Of a stretch of 64,000 nucleotides of DNA, positions 36,691 to 46,900 are shown piece by piece. The position numbers and the translations under genes were made by a program. This DNA comes from Thermodesulfobacteriota bacterium (lineage in GTDB: Bacteria; Desulfobacterota; Binatia; Bin18). A model generated the notes under the pieces. The model had not been told where the DNA came from, searched no databases, and saw only the letters and a program-made list of their open reading frames with translations. The stretch spans positions 2,560,001 to 2,624,000 of the forward strand of contig OZ219926.1 in NCBI GenBank assembly GCA_964291405.2, written 5' to 3'. Numbering within the stretch: position 1 is the first letter of the stretch; every line of letters begins with the position of its first letter.

Positions 36691-37437
36691 TCACATTAAG
36701 GAGAGCGTGACCGCCGCAGCTTCCGGGCTGAGCAGGGAGGGGGTTTTTTCCGGAAGCAGCATAAAGTCGTCATAAGCTGCCTCTGATACGCTGGTCATGG
36801 TGTCGGAGTCCGAGAGCACGGCGATACCGCGTACCTTGCCCGGTTCAAAGCCAAACAGGTCCTTATAGTCCTGGTAGAAATTCACGCTTTCCTGTCGCCA
36901 CTCACCGGGCTCGGCCGGTCCACGCTGTAAGACGACGACCTTGGCGCGCCAATAGACCGGGCTGTCGAACCGGCTGCCAACCGCGAGCGTCGAGCTCCAG
37001 ACGTATTTAATCGCCCGCGGCAGCAGGCGGCTACCAAAAATTACGTAGACGGCCGCGGCCGAATCGTTCGTTTTCTTCGCTCGTTCGTTGGCGCCGAGAG
37101 GGAGTTTGGTTGCGCGCCAGCGCCAGCGCAAAATGGGGTAGTCCTGAGGCTCACAGATATGTTCTATGCCAATCTGGACATCCTGGTTGTTGGCATAGGC
37201 GTGCAGAAACCGATTGCCCTCTTCCTCGGCAATGTGGTAGACGGCCTGCGCAGTCGCTTCGTTGCCGCGCACCTTCCAGCCCGACGGGAAGACACCGGCC
37301 GGGTATTGCTGAAAGGTCTCCTGAAAGGGCGGTGAGCCCTGGAGTGTCTGCGCCCACCCATCATCAGGGTCGGCCGCTCTGGGGGCCAACACGCAGACAA
37401 TCAGGAATGCCGTGAACCACGCAACACGCACTCTCAC
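36691..37437 (-). CDS. DUF3047-family exported protein
   Basis: YPILRWRW, NDSAAAVYVIF, IKYVWSS, YKDLFG, IAVLSDSD; signal peptide. Confidence 0.85.
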   Translation of the reverse strand: MRVRVAWFTAFLIVCVLAPRAADPDDGWAQTLQGSPPFQETFQQYPAGVFPSGWKVRGNEATAQAVYHIAEEEGNRFLHAYANNQDVQIGIEHICEPQDYPILRWRWRATKLPLGANERAKKTNDSAAAVYVIFGSRLLPRAIKYVWSSTLAVGSRFDSPVYWRAKVVVLQRGPAEPGEWRQESVNFYQDYKDLFGFEPGKVRGIAVLSDSDTMTSVSEAAYDDFMLLPEKTPSLLSPEAAAVTLSLM

Positions 37438-37659
37438 CTCCTCGCTCCTCTACTTGTTGACCGAGCCGGGTCCGAACCGTCTTCAATAAACCATTGCGGA
37501 TAGGAGCATCGATAGAGGAAGGACCTGCGGAGTGCAAGTCTGACAAGGATGGCCGCTCTTTCGTGGCATTGGCACGTCTCCTGGGACTGTGGTATCTAGG
37601 CGGCACGCTATTAAGAATAAGCAAAGACCTGTTCGGGCTTTGTGAGGAGACTGCTGCAC

Positions 37660-38631
37660 ATGGAAATTCTTGCAGAGGGGCAGGGGGCATACCTTCCGCC
37701 TGATCCCGATGGGTTCCGCGCCTGGGTGAGAGACAATAAGCCGCGGACGCTTGTACATAAAGTGATGAACGAGCACGAAGTCATTGAGAAGTTTGTCTCT
37801 GATGGAGACTATGTGGCGTATGACTGCAACTACTTCCAGCGCGGCCCGAGTTCGCTGATCCGCGAGATTATTCGCCAACAGAAAAAGGACCTGTGGATCT
37901 GCGGGAAATTCACGTATGTCGCGCTCGCGCTGCTGGTCGAAGGGGGCTGTGCCACCAGGGCGGATATCGGGTTTGTTGGTTTTGGCCCCTGGTTGTCCAA
38001 GGCGGTCGCCGCAGGTCGCCTTCAAACCTACGAGTACTCAAATGTGGTGATGACCTATCGGCTGCAGGCAGGCGCGCAGGGCTTGCCGTTTATTGGCGTG
38101 CGGTCGTTTGGAGGAACCGCCGGCTTTTCTCAATCCGGGGCCAAGCTGGTCAAAGACCCGTTTTCGGGCAAGCCGGTTGTCCTGCTGCCCGCGCTGAACC
38201 CGGATGTTTCGATCATCCATGTGCATCAGGCTGACGTGTACGGCAATGCCCGCGTCTTTGGTACTGGCATCTCCCATGTTGATTGTGCCCTGGCGTCCAA
38301 AAGGGTCATTGTGTCCGCCGAAGAAATTATCGAAACGGATGAATTTCGACGCGACCCGGCCCGGACGTCCATCCCCCATTTTACGGTTGATGCGGTCGTG
38401 CATGCGCCTTTTGGCGCCTATCCGGGGACGGTCCAGGGGCGCTATGCCTCAGATGTCCAGCACGTGGTCGAGTGTTTCGGCGGGACCATGCGCGGCGACC
38501 TGCAACCCTATCTTGAAAAATGGGTGTATAGTGTCGATTCGCATGATGAGATGTTGGAAAAGCGCGTGGGGTGGAAAAAACTCCAGGAGTTACAACGACG
38601 CGAAACCATTCGGGAGGGATACTCGATATGA
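37660..38631 (+). CDS. CoA-transferase family I subunit A (glutaconate CoA-transferase-like)
   Basis: LPALNPDVSIIHVHQADVYGNA, VIVSAEEI, VDAVVHAPFGAYP; RBS GAGGAG. Confidence 0.88.
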   Translation: MEILAEGQGAYLPPDPDGFRAWVRDNKPRTLVHKVMNEHEVIEKFVSDGDYVAYDCNYFQRGPSSLIREIIRQQKKDLWICGKFTYVALALLVEGGCATRADIGFVGFGPWLSKAVAAGRLQTYEYSNVVMTYRLQAGAQGLPFIGVRSFGGTAGFSQSGAKLVKDPFSGKPVVLLPALNPDVSIIHVHQADVYGNARVFGTGISHVDCALASKRVIVSAEEIIETDEFRRDPARTSIPHFTVDAVVHAPFGAYPGTVQGRYASDVQHVVECFGGTMRGDLQPYLEKWVYSVDSHDEMLEKRVGWKKLQELQRRETIREGYSI

Positions 38632-39479
38632 CACCGGCCACACATTTTGCGGAACGAGAGCATTTGATCTGTGCCGTCTCGCGGGTCATTGAGGAAGAAA
38701 AGAGCTATTGGGTCGGTGGCGGCGGCGAGCCCTTATACAGCATTTTACTGGCCCAGCGGCTGTACGCCTCAGGCGTCCAATACATGACCGAGGATGGCGT
38801 GATTGCCCCGCAATCCATGATGCCCTGGGACCCGCTGATGACCATGGTAGCCTCACGGGCCGGCTATCGCGCCCTCCAGTGGGGAACCATGAATACGGCG
38901 GGCAATTTTGCCCAACTCGGCTATGTCGATGTCGGTATCCTCAACACCCTCCAGGTTGATCGATACGGCAATATCAATTCAACCGTACTGGGAGAATACG
39001 AAGGTGGCCAAGGTCGGCGTTTTGGCGGCCCGGGTGGCGCCGATACTATTGCCGCCCAATGCTGGCGCACAATCCTGATGACCGACCAACAAAAGCGGAA
39101 GTTCCCCGAACAGGTGGACTTTATTTCATCACCGGGCTTTCTCGACGGACCAGGAGCGCGCGAGGCCAACGGCCTGCCCCCAGGAACCGGTCCATGGCGG
39201 GTTTTCACCCCGTGGGCGATGTTCGGCTATGAAGAAAAGTCGTGTGAGCTGATGCTTATGGCGATTTCACCGTTCGTCACGGTCGATATGGTTCTGGCCG
39301 AGATGTCCTTTGAGCCGAAAATAGCCCCGACCATTGAAACACTTGATCCTCCCATGGAAGAAGAGTTGGAGATCATCCGCACCCAGCTTGATACGGATGG
39401 GCAAACAACGGGTCGTGGGCAGTGGATCGAAAAACGGGACGACAAATACGTCTTTGCCGAAACGCAGGGACGCGAGTAA
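38628..39479 (+). CDS. CoA-transferase family I subunit B
   Basis: MTEDG, QVDRYGNINST, GPGGA, VDFISSPG; ATGA overlap with subunit A. Confidence 0.88.
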   Translation: MTPATHFAEREHLICAVSRVIEEEKSYWVGGGGEPLYSILLAQRLYASGVQYMTEDGVIAPQSMMPWDPLMTMVASRAGYRALQWGTMNTAGNFAQLGYVDVGILNTLQVDRYGNINSTVLGEYEGGQGRRFGGPGGADTIAAQCWRTILMTDQQKRKFPEQVDFISSPGFLDGPGAREANGLPPGTGPWRVFTPWAMFGYEEKSCELMLMAISPFVTVDMVLAEMSFEPKIAPTIETLDPPMEEELEIIRTQLDTDGQTTGRGQWIEKRDDKYVFAETQGRE

Positions 39480-39530
39480 GGAGCCTCAAGGTTTCTCGTT
39501 CCGTTTTTGATGGCGTATAAGGGCGACGTT

Positions 39531-40016
39531 TTATTCCTTGTCGCTCCTTATGTGATCGACGCTCTGCCCTGTCTCCTCAGCCCATTGCCGAATAATTTTT
39601 TCCAGCCTTGCTGCCTGCGCACTCGTCAGACCGTGGACAAAGCGTTCCACCTTTCTGTGCCGCCAGATGGGCAGCCTTTTATGCTCCGGCATTGACTCAA
39701 AGGGAAAGAATATATCGCGATACAGGGCGACCGTGATTTCATGGGCTTGTTTTTTGTCAATATTCTCCCAGCACCAACGGAAAAACTCTTGGATTTGAAC
39801 GACAACAAGGCTGAAGATACAAGTTTCTAGCCATTCCTTGGACGACATCTTGTTTGATTGTCTCTGGGTGGGTTCGCTCTTCTCTGTTTCCTTTTTTGTG
39901 GCTTCTGTTTTTTTCTTTGGAGCTGATTTCTTCACGGTCCGTTTTGCCTGTGGCCGTGCCCCCTTTTTTTTCAGTCGTGCTGTTGGTTTCTGCTCCTTTT
40001 GCGCCTTCTTGGCCAT
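39531..40016 (-). CDS. Hypothetical protein with Lys-rich N-terminus
   Basis: 161-aa ORF with a basic disordered N-terminus and helical C-terminus; RBS-like AAGGAG lies further upstream than usual. Confidence 0.6.
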   Translation of the reverse strand: MAKKAQKEQKPTARLKKKGARPQAKRTVKKSAPKKKTEATKKETEKSEPTQRQSNKMSSKEWLETCIFSLVVVQIQEFFRWCWENIDKKQAHEITVALYRDIFFPFESMPEHKRLPIWRHRKVERFVHGLTSAQAARLEKIIRQWAEETGQSVDHIRSDKE

Positions 40017-40245
40017 CTCTGTATCATACCAAGACTTCTCCTTGCGTCTATCGGTTGCTGGAGTGGGTAGCTAATTTTTCTCTGCAATATATGTCTCCGT
40101 CGATCGATTTCGGTCAAAAGTCTTTTAACAACAGTGGTTTAAACAGTATGCAACGAGAGACTTTCTCTGGAAGAAAGCCACTCTTTCCACAGCGATGGAA
40201 TAGTGGAGGCGAGATTACCCGACCTCTAGAGTCGGCCGTTATGGA

Positions 40246-41316
40246 CTACCCGCCTCTGGGCGAATCGGAAGAAGTCTCTACTCGTCGGGGGCCAGAGTCC
40301 AGTAGGCCGCAGGCTTCGGCGATGAGCTCATAGGAGCGCACACGCTTGGAAAAATCATAACAAATCGTCACAACGCCGAGGTCAGTGGTCTGAAATACCT
40401 CGGCCAGGTGTTCGAGTTGCTCTTTCACCTGCTGAGGGTCGCCGTCAACATTGGCGCGACGATACTGTTCCAGATAGGCCAGTTCGTCAGCGCTATACGG
40501 ATAGGCGCGGGCCTCCTCAGGTGTAGGAACCCCCTGCCGACGACCCCGAATGATATTCAGCCGCACCAGATTTCTGCTTGCCGACAGATGTTGCGCCTCT
40601 TCTTCAGTCTCCGCACATAAAGCCTGAACTGTCACATTGACTTTGGGTTCGGCCAGCAGTTCTGATGAACGAAAGTGACGACGGTAGCTCTCAACAATAG
40701 CCGGACCATGCTGGACGCCCATCCCGAAGAAATAGGCATAGCTAAACGGCAGACCCCGCTCAGCAGCAATGAGGGCCGAGTCAATGCCCGAGCCGAGCAA
40801 CCAGACCTCCGGCGTGGTGCCCGCCGTTGGTCCGGCATGCACATCGGCAAAACGATGATCCGGAGGGAGATTATCTGCCAGATAGGCAATCAGGTCGTCG
40901 ACCTGCTCCGGGTAATACCGAATATCGCGGGGTTGACCAGGGTAGGAGAGCGCGACCGCGGTTCGTTGATCGCTCCCTGGCGCACGGCCAAGGCCGAGGT
41001 CGATGCGGCCAGGATAAAAGGACTCAAGGACGCGGAATATCTCGGCAACTTTGAGGGCGCTGTAGTGGGACAGCATCACGCCCCCGCTCCCGACTCGAAT
41101 ATGTTGCGTACGGGCGGCAATTTGGCCAATCACGATTTCCGGGCTGGTGCCGGCGAAGCCGGGCAGATTGTGATGCTCAGCTACCCAGAAACGTTCATAG
41201 CCGAATTTTTCCACCGCCCCGGCAAGGGCGACCGTCTCCCGTAACGCCTGGGCGGCTGTTCCCCCTTGTCGGACAGGAGATTGATCCGCCACACTCAAAT
41301 GCAGTTGTTGGGTCAT
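40246..41316 (-). CDS. LLM-class (luciferase family) oxidoreductase
   Basis: RFWVAEHHN, IRVGSGGVMLSHYSALKVAE, GRIDLGLGRAPG. Confidence 0.92.
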   Translation of the reverse strand: MTQQLHLSVADQSPVRQGGTAAQALRETVALAGAVEKFGYERFWVAEHHNLPGFAGTSPEIVIGQIAARTQHIRVGSGGVMLSHYSALKVAEIFRVLESFYPGRIDLGLGRAPGSDQRTAVALSYPGQPRDIRYYPEQVDDLIAYLADNLPPDHRFADVHAGPTAGTTPEVWLLGSGIDSALIAAERGLPFSYAYFFGMGVQHGPAIVESYRRHFRSSELLAEPKVNVTVQALCAETEEEAQHLSASRNLVRLNIIRGRRQGVPTPEEARAYPYSADELAYLEQYRRANVDGDPQQVKEQLEHLAEVFQTTDLGVVTICYDFSKRVRSYELIAEACGLLDSGPRRVETSSDSPRGG

Positions 41317-41321
41317 AGCTT

Positions 41322-41350
41322 AAAAAAAGGGCAGCCCCGTAGGACTGCCC
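41322..41350 (-). terminator. Rho-independent terminator
   Basis: Minus strand GGGCAGTCC-TACG-GGGCTGCCC followed by T7, downstream of the esterase. Confidence 0.85.
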
Positions 41351-41377
41351 CGTGCTGCCTTGTCTGTGTGGCAGGCT

Positions 41378-42262
41378 CTATGCCGTCTGTTCCTTAAAGA
41401 ACGCACCGATCTCTTCTATAGCCTGCTGGCCTTCGGGAAGAATCGGCGCAAACAGATGCCACACATGCGGCATTTCATCCCAGATTTTCAACGTCACGTT
41501 GACATCGGCTTTCTGAGCTCGTTCCGTGATTCTTGTGGCGTCGTTCAACAAGGTCTCTGCGTCCCCGACCTGGATCAGCAGTGGCGGCAGACCCGCAAGA
41601 TTGGCGTGCAGCGGAGCGGCCAGCGGGTTTTTCGGGTCCGCGCCGCCCAAATACAGCTTGGCCATATCGAGGAGGCCTTCTTTCTGGACAACCGGATCGA
41701 CCGCTGCCCGCGTGGTCATCGACTCTCCCGTTCCTTCCATATCAACCCAGGGTGAAATACCAATGCCCGCGGCAGGCATAGGCTCCCCGGCGTCACGAAT
41801 AGCGATGAGTGCGGCCAGAGCGAGGCCACCACCAGCCGAGTCTCCCGCAATAGCAATGTTTGAGGCCTGAATCCCTTGTCCGAGCAACCACCGGTAGGCC
41901 GCCACCGAATCATCGACCGGAGCGGGGAAGGGATGCTCGGGAGCCAGACGATAGTTGAGGGAGAGTACGCGTGCACCCGCTGCCTGCGACAGACGACCGG
42001 TCATATCACGGTGGGAACCGGCGGAGCCCATCACATAGCCGCCACCATGGACGTACAAGATGACCTTACCCTGGTCGGCGCCATCGGCATCACTCCATTC
42101 GGCAGACACCCCGCCAGCGTCAACCGGGGTACACGTTACGCCAGCCGGAGCTTGCGCTTCGATCATGATGGCTCGTATATCGTTGATATCTTTCGCCTCG
42201 GCCATCTTCGCCCCCATCTCTTTGAACATATCGAGGGTCTGTTGCAGTTGCGGACTTGCCAT
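41378..42262 (-). CDS. HSL-family esterase (alpha/beta hydrolase)
   Basis: HGGG, YRLAPEHPFPA, GDSAGG, MPHVW; RBS AAGGAGG. Confidence 0.93.
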   Translation of the reverse strand: MASPQLQQTLDMFKEMGAKMAEAKDINDIRAIMIEAQAPAGVTCTPVDAGGVSAEWSDADGADQGKVILYVHGGGYVMGSAGSHRDMTGRLSQAAGARVLSLNYRLAPEHPFPAPVDDSVAAYRWLLGQGIQASNIAIAGDSAGGGLALAALIAIRDAGEPMPAAGIGISPWVDMEGTGESMTTRAAVDPVVQKEGLLDMAKLYLGGADPKNPLAAPLHANLAGLPPLLIQVGDAETLLNDATRITERAQKADVNVTLKIWDEMPHVWHLFAPILPEGQQAIEEIGAFFKEQTA

Positions 42263-42357
42263 AGCGAACCTCCTTATTTACAGATGAATCGTCTCGCCAT
42301 ACGAGAGACGTATAACCGGTATAGCCCCGGCCAGGTATTGTCAACTCAAAACGGGTC

Positions 42358-42412
42358 GAAGAGTAGACGTGTCATCCAATCGTTCATCCAAAGCGGGACA
42401 CGTTTACTCTTG
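42358..42412 (+). repeat. Dispersed palindromic element, copy 4
   Basis: GAAGAGTAGACGTGTCA-TCCAATCGTTCATCCAAAGCG-GGACACGTTTACTCTTG, intergenic. Confidence 0.82.
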
Positions 42413-42422
42413 TTAGGACGCC

Positions 42423-42692
42423 CTAGGCCACCCAGCCGTACTGAAAGGTATGGATCGTGCCGGGCGGATACCACCACTGACCGGTCTGACATAAGGGACA
42501 GGTCTTTGGCGTGGACCCCCGTCTATATTCCGGGACACCGGCCATGGCTTGCACTGCGCCTTCAAAGGTCCCATCTCGGGTGACCTTCTTCGTCAGCAAG
42601 TAGAGTCCCATGCCACAGTCAGGACACGACAGAATCGTGCCTGCATTCAAAAACGGGAGCGAGGTAATCTGATCTGGGAAGGGCTGCGGCAT
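42423..42692 (-). CDS. Small zinc-finger-like hypothetical protein
   Basis: CPDC...CPLC; RBS GGAGGG before the ATG at 42692. Confidence 0.7.
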   Translation of the reverse strand: MPQPFPDQITSLPFLNAGTILSCPDCGMGLYLLTKKVTRDGTFEGAVQAMAGVPEYRRGSTPKTCPLCQTGQWWYPPGTIHTFQYGWVA

Positions 42693-42708
42693 TGTCCCCT
42701 CCAAATAC

Positions 42709-43947
42709 TCAGACCCGCCGTTGGCGCTGGGCCTGCTGCGTCTGAGCCGCAAACTCAGACGGCTTCATAATGAGCGAGCTTTTAGATTCTTCCTGTTGTT
42801 GTTGCTTTTCTTCCGTGTAGTGCAGGCCGATGCTTTGCTGGACCAATCCTTCACAAAAGGGAATGCCACTCCCACTCGCCCCTTCCTTTTGGAGGGCAAA
42901 AGACACGGCCAGGGCGCGTTGGGCTGACGCTATACGTCCAGTTGTTGCAAAATATAGAGCCATTTCTTCCAAGCGCCGGGCGTAGACTTGGCCGCTCTCC
43001 CCTGAGAATACTTCGGTAACCGCTTGTTTGATAACATCGTTCACCCGGTCTTTTTGCTGGTGCTGATTCAGCACCAGGGGGCTCTCCTGCGCACTGGTGA
43101 TCTTTTCGACATAGGGCTTGGCCTGTTCTGCGTCAAACACCCACCGCTGCATTTCCGGCTCTTCGCCCAGTTGGATAGATGTTGCCAAAAAAGTGTCGTC
43201 GGCAGCGACGGCCTGACGATCCAAACTGTCCGGCAGGGGAACGGCCTGGGACAAAGAGTCAGCGGGTCCGGCTTCGTCTGAACGATTGGCGGACACAAAA
43301 GACCGAAGCGCCGGATAGGACTCCACTTCTCTATTGTCTTGTGCCTCAGCCCGTTCATAGCCTTCCTGCATCAGGAAATCGCAATAGCGCCACGGTACCT
43401 GAACCATAGTTACGCCGCGGCTGTCGAGCAAATCCTGAAGCACCTGCCGCAGCATCTTGCGCGATATTTCCGTCCCTTCAATATAGCGCATGCCTTCGGG
43501 TTCGTTGATCAACGCAGACAAGAAATGAAACCCGCCGCCAACGCGTGATTTCACTATCCAAACGAGACGATCACCCCGCCCGTCCATTGAAGACAGATAG
43601 CCCTCCGGTTCAATCGGGGTGAGAATGGACTTGCCCGACCCCTTTTGCGGTCGGTCGACCTGTATCCCTTTTTGTGACAAACGATAGAGGGCACGGCTAA
43701 TCTCTTTGCGCAAATGCTTATCGGTTGCCCGCTCGACCCAATCCGTCAGGAACTGGGCCGACTCTGCCGTCTGGACCTCGCCCAGTAAGGCGGCCAGGGC
43801 GAAGTCGGCGTCAGCATTCTGGCCTATGTGCTCATTCAGGCCGGCAATATCCAGGTCTTGTCCGGCAGAGGGCTGAATTCCCCATTCTTCCAGCGCTTTT
43901 TTGCCTCGTGCCAGGCGTGGGTCGCGCTTCGCACTCTTTTTCGCCAT
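42709..43947 (-). CDS. Conserved hypothetical protein
   Basis: 412-aa ORF with RBS GGAGG; DKHLRKEISRALYRL and YLSSMDGRGDRLVW segments; no function recognised. Confidence 0.75.
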   Translation of the reverse strand: MAKKSAKRDPRLARGKKALEEWGIQPSAGQDLDIAGLNEHIGQNADADFALAALLGEVQTAESAQFLTDWVERATDKHLRKEISRALYRLSQKGIQVDRPQKGSGKSILTPIEPEGYLSSMDGRGDRLVWIVKSRVGGGFHFLSALINEPEGMRYIEGTEISRKMLRQVLQDLLDSRGVTMVQVPWRYCDFLMQEGYERAEAQDNREVESYPALRSFVSANRSDEAGPADSLSQAVPLPDSLDRQAVAADDTFLATSIQLGEEPEMQRWVFDAEQAKPYVEKITSAQESPLVLNQHQQKDRVNDVIKQAVTEVFSGESGQVYARRLEEMALYFATTGRIASAQRALAVSFALQKEGASGSGIPFCEGLVQQSIGLHYTEEKQQQQEESKSSLIMKPSEFAAQTQQAQRQRRV

Positions 43948-44076
43948 GTATTCCTCCCCAGGGCTGCCCGCAGCTTATCCAGCTAGCTCCTCGACTGTCA
44001 ACGGGATTCGCTTCCCGCCTGGTCTAGCCTGCATAGGGTATTGTTGTTAGGTAGGCTACACGGAGGTTGAGGCAGG

Positions 44077-45249
44077 ATGGCGACAGCGCGTTTTTGTCCA
44101 CAGTGTGGGACAAAAACTATCCCTCAAGCAAATTTTTGTACGAACTGCGGGGAACCTCTCGGGGGCAAAGCCGGAGGGCAGAAGGCCGAGAAATCAGCCG
44201 CCCTATCAGCGACGGGTGCCCAGCGGCTGCCCATCCCCGGCCTCATCGTTTTGTCCTGCTACCTCGCCGTTGGTATCGGACTCTGGGTATTTGTCCTTCG
44301 GACAGAGCCTTTCACTCCGACCCCCACCCCTTCCACGCAAGCCAGCACGGGCGGCTCGGCCCTGCCCCAGGATCACCCCCAGGTTTCCTTGCCCGAGGAA
44401 GTGCAGAGCCGTATTGCGGAACTGGTTGCCCAGGCCAATGCCGCTCCGCAAGACCCCAATGCGTGGCGAACCTTGGCCGAAGTCCAGTTCCGGGCGTCAC
44501 AGCTGGATGCCAGCTACCGCAGCGCGGCCCTGGCCTCCTATCGCAAGCTGTCTGAGCTTGCCCCGAATGATCTGGACGCGCTGCGTGGCTTGGGGAATGT
44601 CTACTACGACCTTGAGGAACATCACAAGGCGATCGAGTATTATCAGCGCTACTTGGCGCTGGACCCGGATAATGCCAGCGTGACGACCGACCTCGGGACC
44701 ATGTACCTCTATACCGGCCAAGTCGACCAAGCCATCGCGGTCTATCAATCCGTCCTGGCCAAGCAGCCCGGCTTCTTTCAGGCCCATTTTAACCTGGGGG
44801 TAGCCTACCAGGAGAAGGGCCTGCCCGAACAAGCGGTCGCCTCATTACAGCAGGCCAAGAGTCTGACGGATAATACCGCCGTCCAGGCCCGCATCGACCA
44901 GCTCCTGGAACAATTCTCGAACGGGACGGCCCCATCCCGAACCGCATCGACAACAAATCCCGCAGCGTCAACCTTTCAGCAAGCGGTGGAAGCGCTCTTT
45001 CGCTCACATGAAATGATGGCGCCCAAAATCGTCCGTATCGAGTGGCCGTCGCAAACCCAGGCCAGGGTCTTCTTTCGCAATTTTCCCATGGCTGGTATGC
45101 CTCAGATGGTCCGAGATAGTTTCAGAGAAAAACTTCGGGGCCAGCTCATTGACGCCCGGCAAAAGACTGGCATCAGTGGTTTGGCGACCGTTGAGCTTAT
45201 CGATATGGATACCCAGCAAGTTATGGAGACTCTCACGACCACTTCATAA
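44077..45249 (+). CDS. Zinc-ribbon, TM and TPR-repeat protein
   Basis: FCPQCG...FCTNCG, one TM helix, LPQDHP, several TPR repeats. Confidence 0.85.
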   Translation: MATARFCPQCGTKTIPQANFCTNCGEPLGGKAGGQKAEKSAALSATGAQRLPIPGLIVLSCYLAVGIGLWVFVLRTEPFTPTPTPSTQASTGGSALPQDHPQVSLPEEVQSRIAELVAQANAAPQDPNAWRTLAEVQFRASQLDASYRSAALASYRKLSELAPNDLDALRGLGNVYYDLEEHHKAIEYYQRYLALDPDNASVTTDLGTMYLYTGQVDQAIAVYQSVLAKQPGFFQAHFNLGVAYQEKGLPEQAVASLQQAKSLTDNTAVQARIDQLLEQFSNGTAPSRTASTTNPAASTFQQAVEALFRSHEMMAPKIVRIEWPSQTQARVFFRNFPMAGMPQMVRDSFREKLRGQLIDARQKTGISGLATVELIDMDTQQVMETLTTTS

Positions 45250-45271
45250 ATAGAGTAAACGAGTCACGATT

Positions 45272-46099
45272 ATGAGCGAAGCAAATACTCCGAATGGTGC
45301 GGTTCCGTTTTATTTACCCATAGGTGATGAGGTCGAGATTTTTCAGGCCGCTTACGAGTGTCGTCTGCCCGTGCTGCTCAAAGGCCCGACCGGTTGCGGC
45401 AAGACCCGCTTTGTCGAGCATATGGCCCATGTGCTCATGCCGAACCGCGACTCGGAAGCTCCGGAAAACATCGTCACGGTCGCCTGCCATGAAGACCTGA
45501 CGGGGAGTGACCTGGTCGGACGGTATCTGATTAAGGGCGACGATACCGTCTGGGTGGACGGACCGCTGACCCAGGCAGTCCGCACTGGGGCGATTTGTTA
45601 TCTGGACGAGATCGTGGAAGCCCGCAAGGACACCATCGTTCTTATCCATCCGCTGACCGACCATCGGCGTATTCTGCCGGTTGATAAGCGGGCCGAAATC
45701 CTTGAGGCACATGAGAATTTTCTGCTGGTCATCTCGTATAACCCTGGCTACCAGAGCATCCTCAAAGATCTCAAACACTCCACGCGGCAGCGCTTTGTCA
45801 CGGTCGAGTTCACCTACCCACCCCGTGATAAGGAAGCTGAGATCATTGCCCACGAGAGTGATTTGCCACTGGAAACCGCGCTCGACCTCGCCAAGCTGGG
45901 CGAAAAGGTCCGCCATCTGAAAGCCAGCGGCCTTGAAGAAGGCGTCAGCACTCGGTTGCTCATTTATTCCGGTCAGCTCATTCGCCAGGGGGTGACCCCA
46001 CGTCGCGCGTGTACCGTTGCCGTCTCCCGTTCACTGACGGACGACAACGACTCCCAGCGCGCGATTGATGAGGTCATTAACGCGATTTTTCCAGAATAG
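45272..46099 (+). CDS. CbbQ/NirQ/NorQ-family MoxR AAA+ ATPase
   Basis: [57 protein letters not shown]. Confidence 0.92.
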   Translation: MSEANTPNGAVPFYLPIGDEVEIFQAAYECRLPVLLKGPTGCGKTRFVEHMAHVLMPNRDSEAPENIVTVACHEDLTGSDLVGRYLIKGDDTVWVDGPLTQAVRTGAICYLDEIVEARKDTIVLIHPLTDHRRILPVDKRAEILEAHENFLLVISYNPGYQSILKDLKHSTRQRFVTVEFTYPPRDKEAEIIAHESDLPLETALDLAKLGEKVRHLKASGLEEGVSTRLLIYSGQLIRQGVTPRRACTVAVSRSLTDDNDSQRAIDEVINAIFPE

Positions 46100-46120
46100 G
46101 TTTGTTGCCAGTCTGCCGTA

Positions 46121-46810
46121 TCAGAGCGTTGCGCCCTCGATAATCTCCCGGGCCGTACGGAAGATGGCATGGAACATAGGCTGGGTGAGCCGACCGGTAA
46201 AGGTATTTTGTTGGCTGGGATGGTAGGAACCAATAAGGGTAACGTCATCCAGGTCGTAACGCTTGCCATGTCCGAATTTCGGTCGGGGCGTTGGAACCTT
46301 CAGGCCGACTTCCCGCCGAGCTTTGAGATAGGCTGAAAAAGCCAGTTGTCCCAGCCCAACAACGACCCTGACCTGTTTCAGCAGTTGGATTTCCCGCAGC
46401 AAATAGGGTTGGCACGCTTCGAATTCTTCTCGCGACGGTTTGTTGTCCGGCGGTGCACAGTGAACGGCCGCAGTGATATACGCGCCCTGTAACCTGAGGC
46501 CGTCATCGATATGGGTTGAGGTCGGCTGGTTGGCGAAGCCAGAGGCGTATAATGCGCCGAACACCCAGTCCCCGCTGCGATCTCCGGTAAACACCCGTCC
46601 CGTCCGGTTGCCGCCATGCGCTGCCGGCGCAAGGCCGACAACATACAGGCGCGCAGTGCGGTCACCAAGACTCGAGACCGGCTTGCCCCAATAGTCCCAG
46701 TCGCGATAGCGTTTAACTTTCTCCTGGGCCATGCGCTGGCAGTGTTGAATGAGCCGGGGACAGCGCCGGCAGGCAACGATCTGGCGTTGGAGTTGGGCGA
46801 TGGTCCGCAT
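46121..46810 (-). CDS. Uracil-DNA glycosylase family 5 (UdgB-like)
   Basis: CRRCPRL, GLAPAAHGGNRTGRVFTGDRSG, CAPPDNKP, YHPSQQNT. Confidence 0.92.
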   Translation of the reverse strand: MRTIAQLQRQIVACRRCPRLIQHCQRMAQEKVKRYRDWDYWGKPVSSLGDRTARLYVVGLAPAAHGGNRTGRVFTGDRSGDWVFGALYASGFANQPTSTHIDDGLRLQGAYITAAVHCAPPDNKPSREEFEACQPYLLREIQLLKQVRVVVGLGQLAFSAYLKARREVGLKVPTPRPKFGHGKRYDLDDVTLIGSYHPSQQNTFTGRLTQPMFHAIFRTAREIIEGATL

Positions 46811-46900
46811 CCTTCGACTTCAGGCGCGCTGCGCCTTACGCTCAGGACCGACGGCCTCCTCTCCGTTCGTGCTGAGCGTAGCGTAAGCGAAGTCGAAGCA
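46811..46900. repeat. Composite REP/REPIN-like inverted repeat
   Basis: CTTCGACTTC...TACGCTCAGGACCGACGG paired with CCGTTCGTGCTGAGCGTA...GAAGTCGAAG. Confidence 0.8.

Noticed and set aside
40070-40245. Possible structured RNA upstream of the Lys-rich gene
   Set aside because: Only short hairpins are visible, with no recognisable riboswitch or tRNA consensus.
45252-45265. AGAGTAAACGAGTC, a possible half copy of the element
   Set aside because: It matches 13 of 14 bases of the left arm but has no loop or right arm, which is too short to count.
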